Shown here: one piece after another, positions 28,338 to 37,369 of the stretch
Layout of the letters: each line of letters opens with the position of its first letter
How positions within the stretch are numbered: position 1 is the stretch's first letter
DNA from: an uncultured virus (IMG/VR IMGVR_UViG_3300005512_000016)
Lineage: Duplodnaviria > Heunggongvirae > Uroviricota > Caudoviricetes
Strand: one strand, 5' to 3'
DNA: 64,000 nt
Virus record (IMG/VR): IMGVR_UViG_3300005512_000016
Coordinates: 1 to 64,000 of that record
Made by a program: the position numbers and the translations under genes
Notes under the pieces: generated by a model
What the model saw: the letters and a program-made list of their open reading frames with translations, nothing else
What the model was told of the DNA's origin: nothing
The model's database searches: none

Positions 28338-29352
28338 CAATGATTGGAGTCCTTTAGAAGAGATAATAGTTGGAACAGCAGATTATGCTTCTATACCTTT
28401 GACTAATATAAGCACTATGAAATGCCAGTTTCCAGAGTATGAAGAAGAATATATCAAACAATACACTGGTTTTTTCCCACAACAAATTATTGATGAACAA
28501 AATGAAGACTTAGAAAAATTATCTGATGTTCTAAAAAAACTAGGTGTAAAAGTCCACAGACCAGACACACAGTACGCGGAAACAGAAACTGTGTCACCCA
28601 ACTGGAGAGGTAAAAACTGGCACTATCATTGTCCTCGTGATTTAACATTAGTTGTTGGAGATACACTTATAGAAACTCCTTCACCAATCTGGAATCGTCA
28701 ATACGAGACTTGGGCTTATAGGAAGATTTTTACAGAACTGTTTAATGAAGGATATAATTGGGTAAAGGCGCCTATTCCTATTCTTTATGATGAAAATTAT
28801 AAAGAGAACACAAAAGGAGTTCCTGCTCTTAATAATCTAGAAATTTTATTTGAAGCGGCAAACTGTATAAGAATCAACGAAGATATATTGTATCAAGTTT
28901 CAAACACAGGAAATGAAAATGGTGCTAAATGGTTACAGCGTACCTTAGGAGATAAGTATAAAGTTCATGTAGCTACAGATCTGTATTCATATGCACATCT
29001 AGATAGCACGATAGTGCCTTTGAGAGAAGGCTTAGTGCTTTATAATGCACACAGAGTCACACCACAGAATGAGCCTGAGATATTTAAGTCATGGGATAAA
29101 ATCTGGATAAATGAGTGTGTAGGGCCTGATACTTCACCCTTTAATCTGCCTTGGGGTGCTAGTGAGTGGATTGGTTTAAATCTTTTAAGTATAAACGAAA
29201 ATCTTGCTATTGTAGACAAGAAACAAACACAAATACATGAAAGAATGAAGTCTTTTGGAATTGAAACAATACCACTTGAACTCAGGCATGATAGAATTAT
29301 AAGTGGAGGATTTCATTGCGTAACGCTGGACTTAAAAAGAAAAATATCATAA
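28327..29352 (+). CDS. Amidinotransferase (glycine/inosamine-phosphate amidinotransferase, pentein family)
   Basis: NDWSPLEEIIVG, VKVHRP, CPRD, GNENGAKWL, HLDST, SGGFHCVTLD with catalytic Cys. Confidence 0.9.
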   Translation: MACNNDWSPLEEIIVGTADYASIPLTNISTMKCQFPEYEEEYIKQYTGFFPQQIIDEQNEDLEKLSDVLKKLGVKVHRPDTQYAETETVSPNWRGKNWHYHCPRDLTLVVGDTLIETPSPIWNRQYETWAYRKIFTELFNEGYNWVKAPIPILYDENYKENTKGVPALNNLEILFEAANCIRINEDILYQVSNTGNENGAKWLQRTLGDKYKVHVATDLYSYAHLDSTIVPLREGLVLYNAHRVTPQNEPEIFKSWDKIWINECVGPDTSPFNLPWGASEWIGLNLLSINENLAIVDKKQTQIHERMKSFGIETIPLELRHDRIISGGFHCVTLDLKRKIS

Positions 29353-30002
29353 TCTGTGGAGAAAGTTTTAGTTATGGTACTGGAGAGAAACACTGGCCTC
29401 AAATTGTGGCTCAAAAAACCAATCGTAATTTAAATAATCTTGCAATAGTAGGGTGTAGCAACTACGCAATTTGTTTTCAACTTCAATACGCTTTAACCTT
29501 TCTTAAACCTGACGATCTAGTAATAATATCTTTAACTGCTGCAGAGCGTTTTGAAATTGACGATGACGAACATAATGTTCCAGCAAGTATATCAGATTTT
29601 AGACACAATATTGATGAAATAACTGACTCACCGTATAATAAGACTCCAACAATCACATCTGGCAATTTATCATCTCACTTACGTAATTATCATATTGAGC
29701 GAATAAAAAAGTATATGATGATAAGCTCTTATAGGCTTTCAGCTCAATACCAAGCATGGTGTATAAATTATTTACTGTCAAAGGTACAAAGTAAATATTT
29801 ACTTTACAGAAATATATTTCCAAGGTATCATTCTAATAAAGAGATGTATAAAAAAGAGTATTACTTTGACTTAGAAAATTACATCAACTCAGGGCCGTAT
29901 GACTTTGAGACTAAACAAGTAAGCACCACGAATCATCTTTCAAATAACGATAATATCTCATTTGCTAAAAGGGTCTTAGATGACTATAGAATTAATTTTT
30001 GA
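29316..30002 (+). CDS. SGNH/GDSL-like hydrolase
   Basis: CGESFSYG, NLAIVGCSN, C-terminal NHLS; start uncertain. Confidence 0.6.
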   Translation: MRNAGLKKKNIIICGESFSYGTGEKHWPQIVAQKTNRNLNNLAIVGCSNYAICFQLQYALTFLKPDDLVIISLTAAERFEIDDDEHNVPASISDFRHNIDEITDSPYNKTPTITSGNLSSHLRNYHIERIKKYMMISSYRLSAQYQAWCINYLLSKVQSKYLLYRNIFPRYHSNKEMYKKEYYFDLENYINSGPYDFETKQVSTTNHLSNNDNISFAKRVLDDYRINF

Positions 30003-31185
30003 AAACTATCCAGAACCAAATATAGGAATGTTTGCTAATAAGAGAGAGTCAATTCCTTTTTTTCTCCAATTAAATAAACAATATAAAATATGTAATATAG
30101 ACCACATATATAATTCAAACAATTGGGTATATCCGATTGCAATAAAAAACCCTATTTTAGAAAAAGATATTTATATAAATAGCTCTGCTTCAAATACGAA
30201 TTTTTTTATAAATCGTATAGATCAGAGAGTGCTAGAGGAAATAGCTAAAGGTAGAGGCTGGATCTGTATAGATGTAACAGAAGAACCGATAAGTAACCAT
30301 AGTTTAGCACACTTAGTAAATTATATTAGAAACTGTGTATCATACGAGTTTAAAAGGTCAAATATAAAAAAACTGTTAGAAAGAACTTTTATTCTAACCA
30401 GACAAATGAAGTCCTCTAGACGTCCTTACATAAATAGCGATTTTGTATTTAATCTCACAAGTAGAAGAGAGGCAGACGTTCAATTTTTAAATTCTACTGC
30501 TATGGCTGGCATTGTTAATAATCCCTCTGTGGAGTCTCAAGTTAAAGTACAGGGCAAAAAAGTATATTCTTTTTTTAATTATGATTATACTACAGAGCAT
30601 ATAAGGTTTATCTCTATAGCCCTCTTACAAAAACTAGAACTTCTGGACTATGGTCATATAAGTCTTTTAGACAAAGGTAAGTACTTCTCAGATTATTATC
30701 ATGATTTTTGTGGTACATACAATAAGAGGAAAATGAATATTACATTTAACCAAACTGATAAAGTTCACGAGTTATTAGATGTAGTAGACACCCTTAATAA
30801 GTCTTACATAAACTTAGTTATGGAAGCATACTATGATATTGCTGATATTGATACTTTATATATAACAGAAAAAACTTTTAGAAATTATTATCTTAAAAAA
30901 CCTTTTATTGTAATAGGACAATCTGAGACGTTATCAGCCTTGAAAAATATAGGATATAAAAGTTTTCATCCATATATAAATGAAGAATATGATGAAACCG
31001 TAAGCGGATCGGTAAGATTACAAAAGATATTTAAGGAGCTCAAAAGACTATGTTCCTTTACTGAAGAAGATTGGAAAGAGTTTTATAAAAATATATCTCC
31101 AATACTAGAGCATAATTTTAAAATAAATACAGAAGTGAGGCCAAAGACCTCATACGAAACTTTCAAAGAGTATATTAATGGCTAA
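29980..31185 (+). CDS. Hypothetical protein, possibly glycosyltransferase-like
   Basis: INLVMEA..ITEKTFR..KPFIVIG..GYKSFHPYINEEYD..ILEHN. Confidence 0.55.
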   Translation: MTIELIFENYPEPNIGMFANKRESIPFFLQLNKQYKICNIDHIYNSNNWVYPIAIKNPILEKDIYINSSASNTNFFINRIDQRVLEEIAKGRGWICIDVTEEPISNHSLAHLVNYIRNCVSYEFKRSNIKKLLERTFILTRQMKSSRRPYINSDFVFNLTSRREADVQFLNSTAMAGIVNNPSVESQVKVQGKKVYSFFNYDYTTEHIRFISIALLQKLELLDYGHISLLDKGKYFSDYYHDFCGTYNKRKMNITFNQTDKVHELLDVVDTLNKSYINLVMEAYYDIADIDTLYITEKTFRNYYLKKPFIVIGQSETLSALKNIGYKSFHPYINEEYDETVSGSVRLQKIFKELKRLCSFTEEDWKEFYKNISPILEHNFKINTEVRPKTSYETFKEYING

Positions 31186-31636
31186 TACAAGCAAAAATAA
31201 AGGTAGTGCTTATGAAGCTAAGATAGCAAAACTACTTACAAATGAGTTTAAGGTTGAATTTAGAAGAGTGCCTTTAAGTGGTGCGATTGACTATCTCAAA
31301 GGAGATATATGGACACCAAAAGATACAGCCTGGTGGCCTTATTGTATAGAGTGTAAACACTATAAGGATATACAGTGGAATAATTTTCTTACTTCAAAAA
31401 CAACAGATATGTTAGTGTTTTGGAAGCAAACATTAAGAGAGGCAGAGGTGATGGATAAAAAACCTCTACTAATTTTCAGATGGAATAGATCGAAAGATTT
31501 TGTAGCATTTAATGATGAGTTACTCGTTGAACACTATGTAGAAATAAAGTCTTTTGGTTGTCACTTTAAAATAACTCTATTAGATGAATGGATAAAGTGC
31601 ATTAAAAACCAATCTTTTGTTGCCAAGTCATCATGA
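31178..31636 (+). CDS. Holliday junction resolvase (T5 D14-like)
   Basis: KGSAYE, RVPLSGA, GDI, IECK, PLLIFR. Confidence 0.88.
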   Translation: MANTSKNKGSAYEAKIAKLLTNEFKVEFRRVPLSGAIDYLKGDIWTPKDTAWWPYCIECKHYKDIQWNNFLTSKTTDMLVFWKQTLREAEVMDKKPLLIFRWNRSKDFVAFNDELLVEHYVEIKSFGCHFKITLLDEWIKCIKNQSFVAKSS

Positions 31637-31648
31637 TATTGATATTAT
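31620..31648 (+). promoter_or_regulatory. sigma70-type promoter TTGCCA-17-TATTAT
   Basis: 17-nt spacer; AGGAG SD and ATG 31674 downstream. Confidence 0.65.
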
Positions 31649-31673
31649 ATATTTATTAACAGGAGAAATATAT

Positions 31674-32528
31674 ATGAACAACTCAAAATCATGGAATGAT
31701 CTGGAGGCTTTACAAACGCCAGATTATGAAGCCTACAATAATGTGTTACTTATAGATGGTAACAATCTTTCTTATCGCTGGTTACAAAGACCTAATCACG
31801 GTAATTATGCTAATGAGTTCATTAGAACTGTCCAATCATTATCAAAATCTTATGAAGCCTCAAGAACTATTGTCTGTTTTGACTTTGGTAAAAGTTATTT
31901 TAGAATGGACATGTCAGAGGAATACAAAGGAAATCGAAAGAAGCCAAAAGAAGAAGAAGAAATAAAGCGCTATGAAGCCTTTTTTGAAGTGCTAAACAAT
32001 CTGCCTGATATGTTAGATGAAGAAGTTTTAAAGTTTAGAGGAGTCGAGGCTGATGATACTATTGCATATTTAGTTATGAAATATGAAGAACAAACTAACT
32101 ATAATCATATTTGGATCGTATCATCTGACCGTGACTTATATCAACTAGTAAGTGAAAAAACTAGCATATTTAATATTTTTGGTAGACGAGAAGTAACCTA
32201 TACGACTATGCAAGAAGAAATGGAAATTACTCCTGACCTATATTTACTATCAAGAATAATAGAAGGCGATAAAAGTGATAATATTATTGGAGTAGAAGGT
32301 ATCGGCCCAAAGCGTGCACAAGGTTTAGCTAAAGAGTATAAAACTTTTGATGCTCTAATTAAAGCATTACCTATAAAAGGCAGAGCCAAATATATACAAA
32401 ATCTTAACGCGTCAAAAGAGTTACTCATCAGAAATGAAAAAATGATTAGCCTTAAAGCATATAATGAGCAAGCATTAGATGCAGCTAAAGAACCAGAGAT
32501 AGTTCGTGACAAACTTTCATCAATGTAG
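31674..32528 (+). CDS. 5'-3' flap endonuclease (T5 D15-like)
   Basis: LIDGNN, YKGNR, EADD, SSDRDLYQL, GDKSDNIIGVEGIGPKRA. Confidence 0.94.
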   Translation: MNNSKSWNDLEALQTPDYEAYNNVLLIDGNNLSYRWLQRPNHGNYANEFIRTVQSLSKSYEASRTIVCFDFGKSYFRMDMSEEYKGNRKKPKEEEEIKRYEAFFEVLNNLPDMLDEEVLKFRGVEADDTIAYLVMKYEEQTNYNHIWIVSSDRDLYQLVSEKTSIFNIFGRREVTYTTMQEEMEITPDLYLLSRIIEGDKSDNIIGVEGIGPKRAQGLAKEYKTFDALIKALPIKGRAKYIQNLNASKELLIRNEKMISLKAYNEQALDAAKEPEIVRDKLSSM

Positions 32529-33096
32529 TATTAAAGTTAAAAAGAGAGAATTAGCTAGATTATTAGAAGAACGAGATGGTGTCAGTTGGTCATTTGATCC
32601 TGTTAGTAGGTTTGACCCTTTCCTTTATTTAAGATGTTGTACACCAAAACCTATAACTATAAAAGCTAATTCTACTCTACCAATACCTACAGGTATTACT
32701 GTTGAGTTAAATAATCCAAATTTTAAAATGCAAATCACAACGTTATCTGCTTTAGCTTTAAAAAAAGGTTTAATAGTTTTAGACTCTCCAGCAACACTAG
32801 ATTATAGTTTTCGCGGTGAGATTTGGATAATGTTACACAATATTTCAAATATAGATGCTGTAATTAGAACTGGAGAAAGGGTAGCACAGTTTTCAATTGA
32901 ACCTACTATTTCACTAAATATAAGTTATGTAGATGAAGTTGATACAGAAACCCCTAGTTTAGGTATGGTAAAATGGATTTCTGAACATATAAAGAGTAAA
33001 ACTAACAAGGTGCAAAAAGAACAATATCCAATTGAAAATGTATCTAAAGAAAAAATTTTAAAAATTTTGAATTTAAATGAGTCAGAAAATGATTGA
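32506..33096 (+). CDS. dUTPase-like protein with degenerate motifs
   Basis: IPTGI, LDYSFRGEI, GERVAQF; T5 dut position; motifs I, II and V not recognisable. Confidence 0.7.
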   Translation: MTNFHQCSIKVKKRELARLLEERDGVSWSFDPVSRFDPFLYLRCCTPKPITIKANSTLPIPTGITVELNNPNFKMQITTLSALALKKGLIVLDSPATLDYSFRGEIWIMLHNISNIDAVIRTGERVAQFSIEPTISLNISYVDEVDTETPSLGMVKWISEHIKSKTNKVQKEQYPIENVSKEKILKILNLNESEND

Positions 33097-33176
33097 TTGT
33101 AACTTTTCAATATTGTGACTTATAGAGAATTTAATCATATTTTGAAATAAATAAATTTATAAAAGCTAGGATAGTA

Positions 33177-34298
33177 ATGGTTTTATTTTTAACTCAGTAT
33201 TATAGAGGAATAGGACACGCAAATAGAATTAGATTGTTAGCTGAAGAAGTTGGCAAACATACGGAATGTATAGTAGTTGATCAATTATTTAAACCACCTT
33301 TAAATTTTACTAACGCAACACATTATGCTCTTTTACATGATTACAAAGTTAAAGACATAAAAAAAATATTTCATTTTATTCAACAAAAAGAATTAATCAG
33401 GTTTCGAATCAGAAAATGGAAAGAAATATTAGATCTACACAAACCTAAAGTCATAGTAGTAGAAGGTTTTCCATTTTGTAGACATCAATTTGCGTTTGAG
33501 TATTTTACTTATTTAAAAGAGGCTAAAAAAAGAAATATAAAGATTCTTTGCTCTATAAGAGATTATCCATGGGATGAACCACACGAACCAGGGTTACAAG
33601 ACTGGGTTGCCAATACACAAAATCTAGCAATTCAAATGTACTTTGATAAAATACTTGTTCATGGAGATAAAGACATAATGCCATTACTCTCTGACAGAGT
33701 TAGAATTGAAAACACATCAGCAATCATAGGTGAGTTAGAGAAATATGTAACCTACACAGGTTATGTGGTAGATAAAAAACTTAAAAAACATGAAAGAAAG
33801 AATAACACAGTATATGTAAGTTGCGGCATGAATAAAGAAGAAGTGTTAATTATTTTCAAGCAGGTGATTAAAGCAGCAGAAAAGTTTCCAGAATTAAATT
33901 TCATAATGCCAACTGCTAATGATTATATGGAAAAGTTAAAAAATACAACAAAACGAAATGTAACACTAACTGACTATATCGAAAATTTATCTAGTAAAAT
34001 ATCTGATTGTGCTTTGTTTATTACTTATGGTGGGTATAACTCAACAATGGAGATACTACAAACAGAGTGTCCTGCTATAATAATTCCTAGGCAAAATGGT
34101 CAAAAACTGGAACAATTTGTTAGAGCATACGCATTTGAGCCTCTCAATGTTTTTAAAGTTTGTAGTCCTAATGAATTAAATAATCTACACAAAGTTATAA
34201 TCGAAGCTCAGAAAGATAAATCTTTTCCAAAAAAATTTGAATATAGTATGAATGGGGTAGAAAACAGTGCAGAAGAAATCTTCAAGTATATCTCTTGA
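33177..34298 (+). CDS. GT-B glycosyltransferase (GT28 C-terminal-like)
   Basis: GIGHANR, EGFPF, SIRD, VHGD, YTGYV, GGYNSTME, IIPR..EQ..RA. Confidence 0.85.
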   Translation: MVLFLTQYYRGIGHANRIRLLAEEVGKHTECIVVDQLFKPPLNFTNATHYALLHDYKVKDIKKIFHFIQQKELIRFRIRKWKEILDLHKPKVIVVEGFPFCRHQFAFEYFTYLKEAKKRNIKILCSIRDYPWDEPHEPGLQDWVANTQNLAIQMYFDKILVHGDKDIMPLLSDRVRIENTSAIIGELEKYVTYTGYVVDKKLKKHERKNNTVYVSCGMNKEEVLIIFKQVIKAAEKFPELNFIMPTANDYMEKLKNTTKRNVTLTDYIENLSSKISDCALFITYGGYNSTMEILQTECPAIIIPRQNGQKLEQFVRAYAFEPLNVFKVCSPNELNNLHKVIIEAQKDKSFPKKFEYSMNGVENSAEEIFKYIS

Positions 34299-34821
34299 CG
34301 AGTTTAAAAAAATGAGAAATGAATGGCGAGAACAAATTGCTATATCTGAAATTAAACAGATAAGTTATTGGAAGTCAATAAATGCCTTGGAGCTTGCATA
34401 TAAAAATGCTGCAAAAAATAAGTATATTGTCATGACTTTGCGAGACAAAAAAATGCGTTATAAGTTTCCTAAAGCCAAGAATGTAGTTTTAGTTGGTTCT
34501 GGAATGTATCCCTATAGTCTGTTTGATTTACATAAGCAGTATCCTCATATAAAATCAATAGGGATCGAGATAGATAAAAAAAGAGCATTGATTAGTAAAA
34601 TACTTGTGGAAAACTCACCAGCTAAAGACATGATTACTATTTTAAATTGTGATGGTATAGACTATGACTATAGTTGGTTAGACCATGATGATCTAGTATT
34701 TGTAAGTGTTGATGTTGAGATAGAAAAAAAGATACAAGAGAAAGTTATACTTGAAAGTAAAGCATCACCTTTTCTTTGTGCGCCTTATCATACGGCGTGG
34801 AGAGACGCTTACCTTAGTTGA
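34267..34821 (+). CDS. SAM-dependent transferase, nicotianamine-synthase/CntL-like fold
   Basis: VVLVGSGMYPYS, GIEID, CDG.DYDYS, DLVFV. Confidence 0.55.
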   Translation: MQKKSSSISLDEFKKMRNEWREQIAISEIKQISYWKSINALELAYKNAAKNKYIVMTLRDKKMRYKFPKAKNVVLVGSGMYPYSLFDLHKQYPHIKSIGIEIDKKRALISKILVENSPAKDMITILNCDGIDYDYSWLDHDDLVFVSVDVEIEKKIQEKVILESKASPFLCAPYHTAWRDAYLS

Positions 34822-34890
34822 CTTTCTCTTCTTCGGTTTGCGTCTCTTTACACCATAATTGCTTTTAAAGGCATCTACGTCAGTAATCAT
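34765..34890 (-). CDS. Small very basic protein (41 aa), not in the ORF track
   Basis: MITDVDAFKSNYGVKRRKPKKRKSTKVSVSPRRMIRRTKKR; ATGA-coupled to 34887..35096. Confidence 0.55.
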   Translation of the reverse strand: MITDVDAFKSNYGVKRRKPKKRKSTKVSVSPRRMIRRTKKR

Positions 34891-35096
34891 TTCTTTTTCT
34901 TAATAGTCCTGATTACCTGTATATTAGGGTTTTTAACTTCTTTAATAAGTCTAGTTTTTTCTGGCAAAGTTCTATAGTATTCCATTGTTTTACTTTTTAC
35001 AGCAGAATCATATTCCTCAATTAATCCAACTCTTGGATCACCAATCATTTCTAACTTACCTTCGCCCTTACCTGAGCCAAATGTATCTCTAGCCAT
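34887..35096 (-). CDS. Small hypothetical protein
   Basis: GGAG SD; basic C-terminus. Confidence 0.65.
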   Translation of the reverse strand: MARDTFGSGKGEGKLEMIGDPRVGLIEEYDSAVKSKTMEYYRTLPEKTRLIKEVKNPNIQVIRTIKKKK

Positions 35097-35106
35097 GGGT
35101 CACTCC

Positions 35107-35478
35107 TTACAGTGCAGGGCCGCCTTTTAGAGGTGCGTAAAACTTACCACCCATGCCGCCTTGAACATTTTCACTAGCTGCTTGGTACTTTTTATTTATA
35201 CCAGTAGCTGCTGGACCTTTTGATACATGACCTGCGGCCATAGAACCAGCTGCTGAACTCATATCAGCCATTACTGGACCTTGATCTACGTATCCAGGAG
35301 CAGTTTTCATTCCAGCCATTGGGCCACCTTTTACAGCGCCAGCAGGTCTAGAATCACTTGAACCCGTGAATGAAGTTCTCTGTGTGCCACCTTTTGGCAT
35401 ACCTGTAGCTTGTTTAGCATTTTTTACATACTTTAAAGCTTCGGCATCACCTGTGACTGTTTTTTTAATCATAGACAT
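35107..35478 (-). CDS. Low-complexity G/A/M/K-rich protein
   Basis: GGAGG SD; disorder-like composition. Confidence 0.7.
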   Translation of the reverse strand: MSMIKKTVTGDAEALKYVKNAKQATGMPKGGTQRTSFTGSSDSRPAGAVKGGPMAGMKTAPGYVDQGPVMADMSSAAGSMAAGHVSKGPAATGINKKYQAASENVQGGMGGKFYAPLKGGPAL

Positions 35479-35491
35479 TATGTTGTCCTCC

Positions 35492-36223
35492 TTATGAAAT
35501 TGCTGCTTTTACAGTTTCCGTATTATTACCAGCGTTAGCTGCTTCTGAGACAGATGATCTTACAGTTACAGTTGGTGCACCACCAGCTGCGATTGAAGTA
35601 AAGTAAGAGTTTGCACCAGTAAATGTACAATGTTCAATTACTGTAGCAACGTTACTTAGCATTCCAGTGTCTACTGGAAAGTTACAATATCTGTAAGTTT
35701 GGCTTCCAGAATTGTTATGAGCAACAACACCATAACCTGCTGAAACATTATCACCAAATGTACAATTTTCTGCTATGATTACAGAAGCTGCATCATCCGC
35801 TACAACACCTGCGTTTGAATCTAATACACCAGTTGTAATACCTGCATTAGCAATTGCTAGTGCAGCACTTCTACTTGGACCGTCTGTTCCATCAAAAATA
35901 CAATTTTCAAAGGTTACAGTAACAGCAGCGTTACCTACAATTGCTCCTGGTGAAGCGATTTTGCAGTTTTTAATTATTACGTTTGAACCAGCTGTTATAC
36001 CAGATGGTATAGAAAAACCAGTAAACACAATATCTTTAGCATCGCCCATACCCATTATAGTTACATCTGCAACATTAGTTGTTCTTGGATCGGTATAAGA
36101 ACCTGGTAACACTTGAATTACATCACCTGCTTGTAGATGGTTAGTAGGAATATGGTCAATAGATTTGAACTGTGCGCCCAAGTTAAGTTCTGGGCTAACT
36201 ATGTGAGTCTGTTTATTTGACAT
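35492..36223 (-). CDS. Right-handed beta-helix (pectin-lyase-like) protein
   Basis: GDVIQVLPGSY and repeated I.NC.F / ENC.F / EHCTF turns. Confidence 0.7.
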   Translation of the reverse strand: MSNKQTHIVSPELNLGAQFKSIDHIPTNHLQAGDVIQVLPGSYTDPRTTNVADVTIMGMGDAKDIVFTGFSIPSGITAGSNVIIKNCKIASPGAIVGNAAVTVTFENCIFDGTDGPSRSAALAIANAGITTGVLDSNAGVVADDAASVIIAENCTFGDNVSAGYGVVAHNNSGSQTYRYCNFPVDTGMLSNVATVIEHCTFTGANSYFTSIAAGGAPTVTVRSSVSEAANAGNNTETVKAAIS

Positions 36224-36399
36224 TATTTTTTACCCTTCTTTTTAAGAATAGCTTTTTGTAAAGCTGGAGGTAACTTCTTCTGCGCTGCAGTGAGTCCGTT
36301 CTTACCATTCCCGTTTCCGTTCATTGCTTTCCCGTTCTTCATGGTGTTACCATTACCATTTTTTTTCATCATACCATTTTTCATTTTATGTTTTGGCAT
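36223..36399 (-). CDS. 58-aa basic peptide with Asn-Gly repeats, not in the ORF track
   Basis: MPKHKMKNGMMKKNGNGNTMKNGKAMNGNGNGKNGLTAAQKKLPPALQKAILKKKGKK; GGAG SD; TAATG coupling to the next gene. Confidence 0.75.
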   Translation of the reverse strand: MPKHKMKNGMMKKNGNGNTMKNGKAMNGNGNGKNGLTAAQKKLPPALQKAILKKKGKK

Positions 36400-36443
36400 T
36401 TTATATCTCCATTTTCATTTAATTGTAATTAAAAGTCAAAATT

Positions 36444-36647
36444 TTATTTATTCTTTTTCTGAAGAGCTTTTCCTGCTGTATTCAGAGCTATCGCTACCGC
36501 TTGCTTTCGTAAGGCTTGTTTCTTCGATATTCCTTGCTTTTTCGAAATTGTCGCTATCGCTTTTGATCTCGAACGTGAAGGTTTCTTCATCAGCTCTTTG
36601 ATGTTTTTTGATATCGTTTTCTGACTCTTTCCTTTTTTCAACGGCAT
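36444..36647 (-). CDS. Small basic protein (MPLKKGKS... type)
   Basis: GGAG SD; MPLKKGKSQKTISKNIKELM...QAVAIAL. Confidence 0.75.
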   Translation of the reverse strand: MPLKKGKSQKTISKNIKELMKKPSRSRSKAIATISKKQGISKKQALRKQAVAIALNTAGKALQKKNK

Positions 36648-36915
36648 CTTCTTCTCCCATAGTCACTAGCATTTCAGAGGGTGACTTTGGTGCATTAGAC
36701 TCTTCTCTAGGAGTTTCTTGCACAGTGTATACCAGATAATCTCTATCTGAATTAATATAAGCTGCTGATACAGCTAGTTTATTAGTCCACCAAGTTGGTA
36801 GAGAAGCTTCATTATCTTCAGGTAAACTACGAAGAATATCTTGACAATCTTCTATTATATTAGCGCACTGTCTTCTAGCAGAGGCTACATCAGTGTGTCC
36901 ATCTTTTAATTTCAT
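36448..36915 (-). CDS. Hypothetical protein (DGHTDVASARR...LPTWWTNKLA), copy A
   Basis: AGGAG SD; the 3' 200 nt overlap 36444..36647 in another frame. Confidence 0.65.
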   Translation of the reverse strand: MKLKDGHTDVASARRQCANIIEDCQDILRSLPEDNEASLPTWWTNKLAVSAAYINSDRDYLVYTVQETPREESNAPKSPSEMLVTMGEEDAVEKRKESENDIKKHQRADEETFTFEIKSDSDNFEKARNIEETSLTKASGSDSSEYSRKSSSEKE

Positions 36916-37369
36916 CTTCTGCTCCTTGATTTTTTAAAACCTATAGGTTTTGAGTACTTAACTGGATAGCCTTTTTTTCTCTCATTAACGATATCGTTTT
37001 CTGACTCTTTCCTTTTTTCAACGGCATCTTCTTCTCCCATAGTCACTAGCATTTCAGAAGGTGATTTTGGTGCATTAGATTCTTCTCTAGGAGTTTCCTG
37101 CACAGTATATACCAGATAATCTCTATCTGAATTAATATAAGCTGCTGATACAGCTAATTTATTAGTCCACCAAGTTGGTAGAGAAGTTTCATTATCTTCA
37201 GGTAAACTACGAAGAATATCTTGACAATCTTCTATTATATTAGCACACTGTCTTCTAGCAGAGGCTACATCAGTGTGTCCATCTTTTAATTTCATCTTCT
37301 GCTCCTTGATTTTTTAAAACCTATAGGTTTTGAGTACTTAACTGGATAGCCTTTTTTTCTCTCATTAAC
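36610..37369. repeat. 380-bp tandem duplication (36610-36989, 36990-37369)
   Basis: gatatcgttttctgactc at 36610 and 36990; 8 substitutions seen, 7 synonymous. Confidence 0.95.
36912..37295 (-). CDS. Duplicate copy B of the hypothetical protein, with a chimeric C-terminus
   Basis: Same N-terminus as 36448..36915 fused to the tail of 37292..37507. Confidence 0.5.
   Translation of the reverse strand: MKLKDGHTDVASARRQCANIIEDCQDILRSLPEDNETSLPTWWTNKLAVSAAYINSDRDYLVYTVQETPREESNAPKSPSEMLVTMGEEDAVEKRKESENDIVNERKKGYPVKYSKPIGFKKSRSRR

Noticed and set aside
19644..29352. 7-deazaguanine (preQ0/dG+) DNA modification from PP-loop plus amidinotransferase
   Set aside because: The PP-loop protein lacks QueC zinc cysteines, the amidinotransferase is pentein-type rather than ArcS/QueF-like, and no DpdA, FolE or QueD is recognisable here
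402..33110. Short minus-strand and alternate-frame ORFs in the replication arm (e.g. 2227..2577, 10317..10736, 32198..32512)
   Set aside because: Nested in or overlapping conserved genes, no recognisable motifs
19680..37369. Diverged repeat pairs as DGR template/variable repeats
   Set aside because: Mismatches are not adenine-specific and are mostly synonymous, the copies are directly tandem, and no reverse transcriptase is in the window
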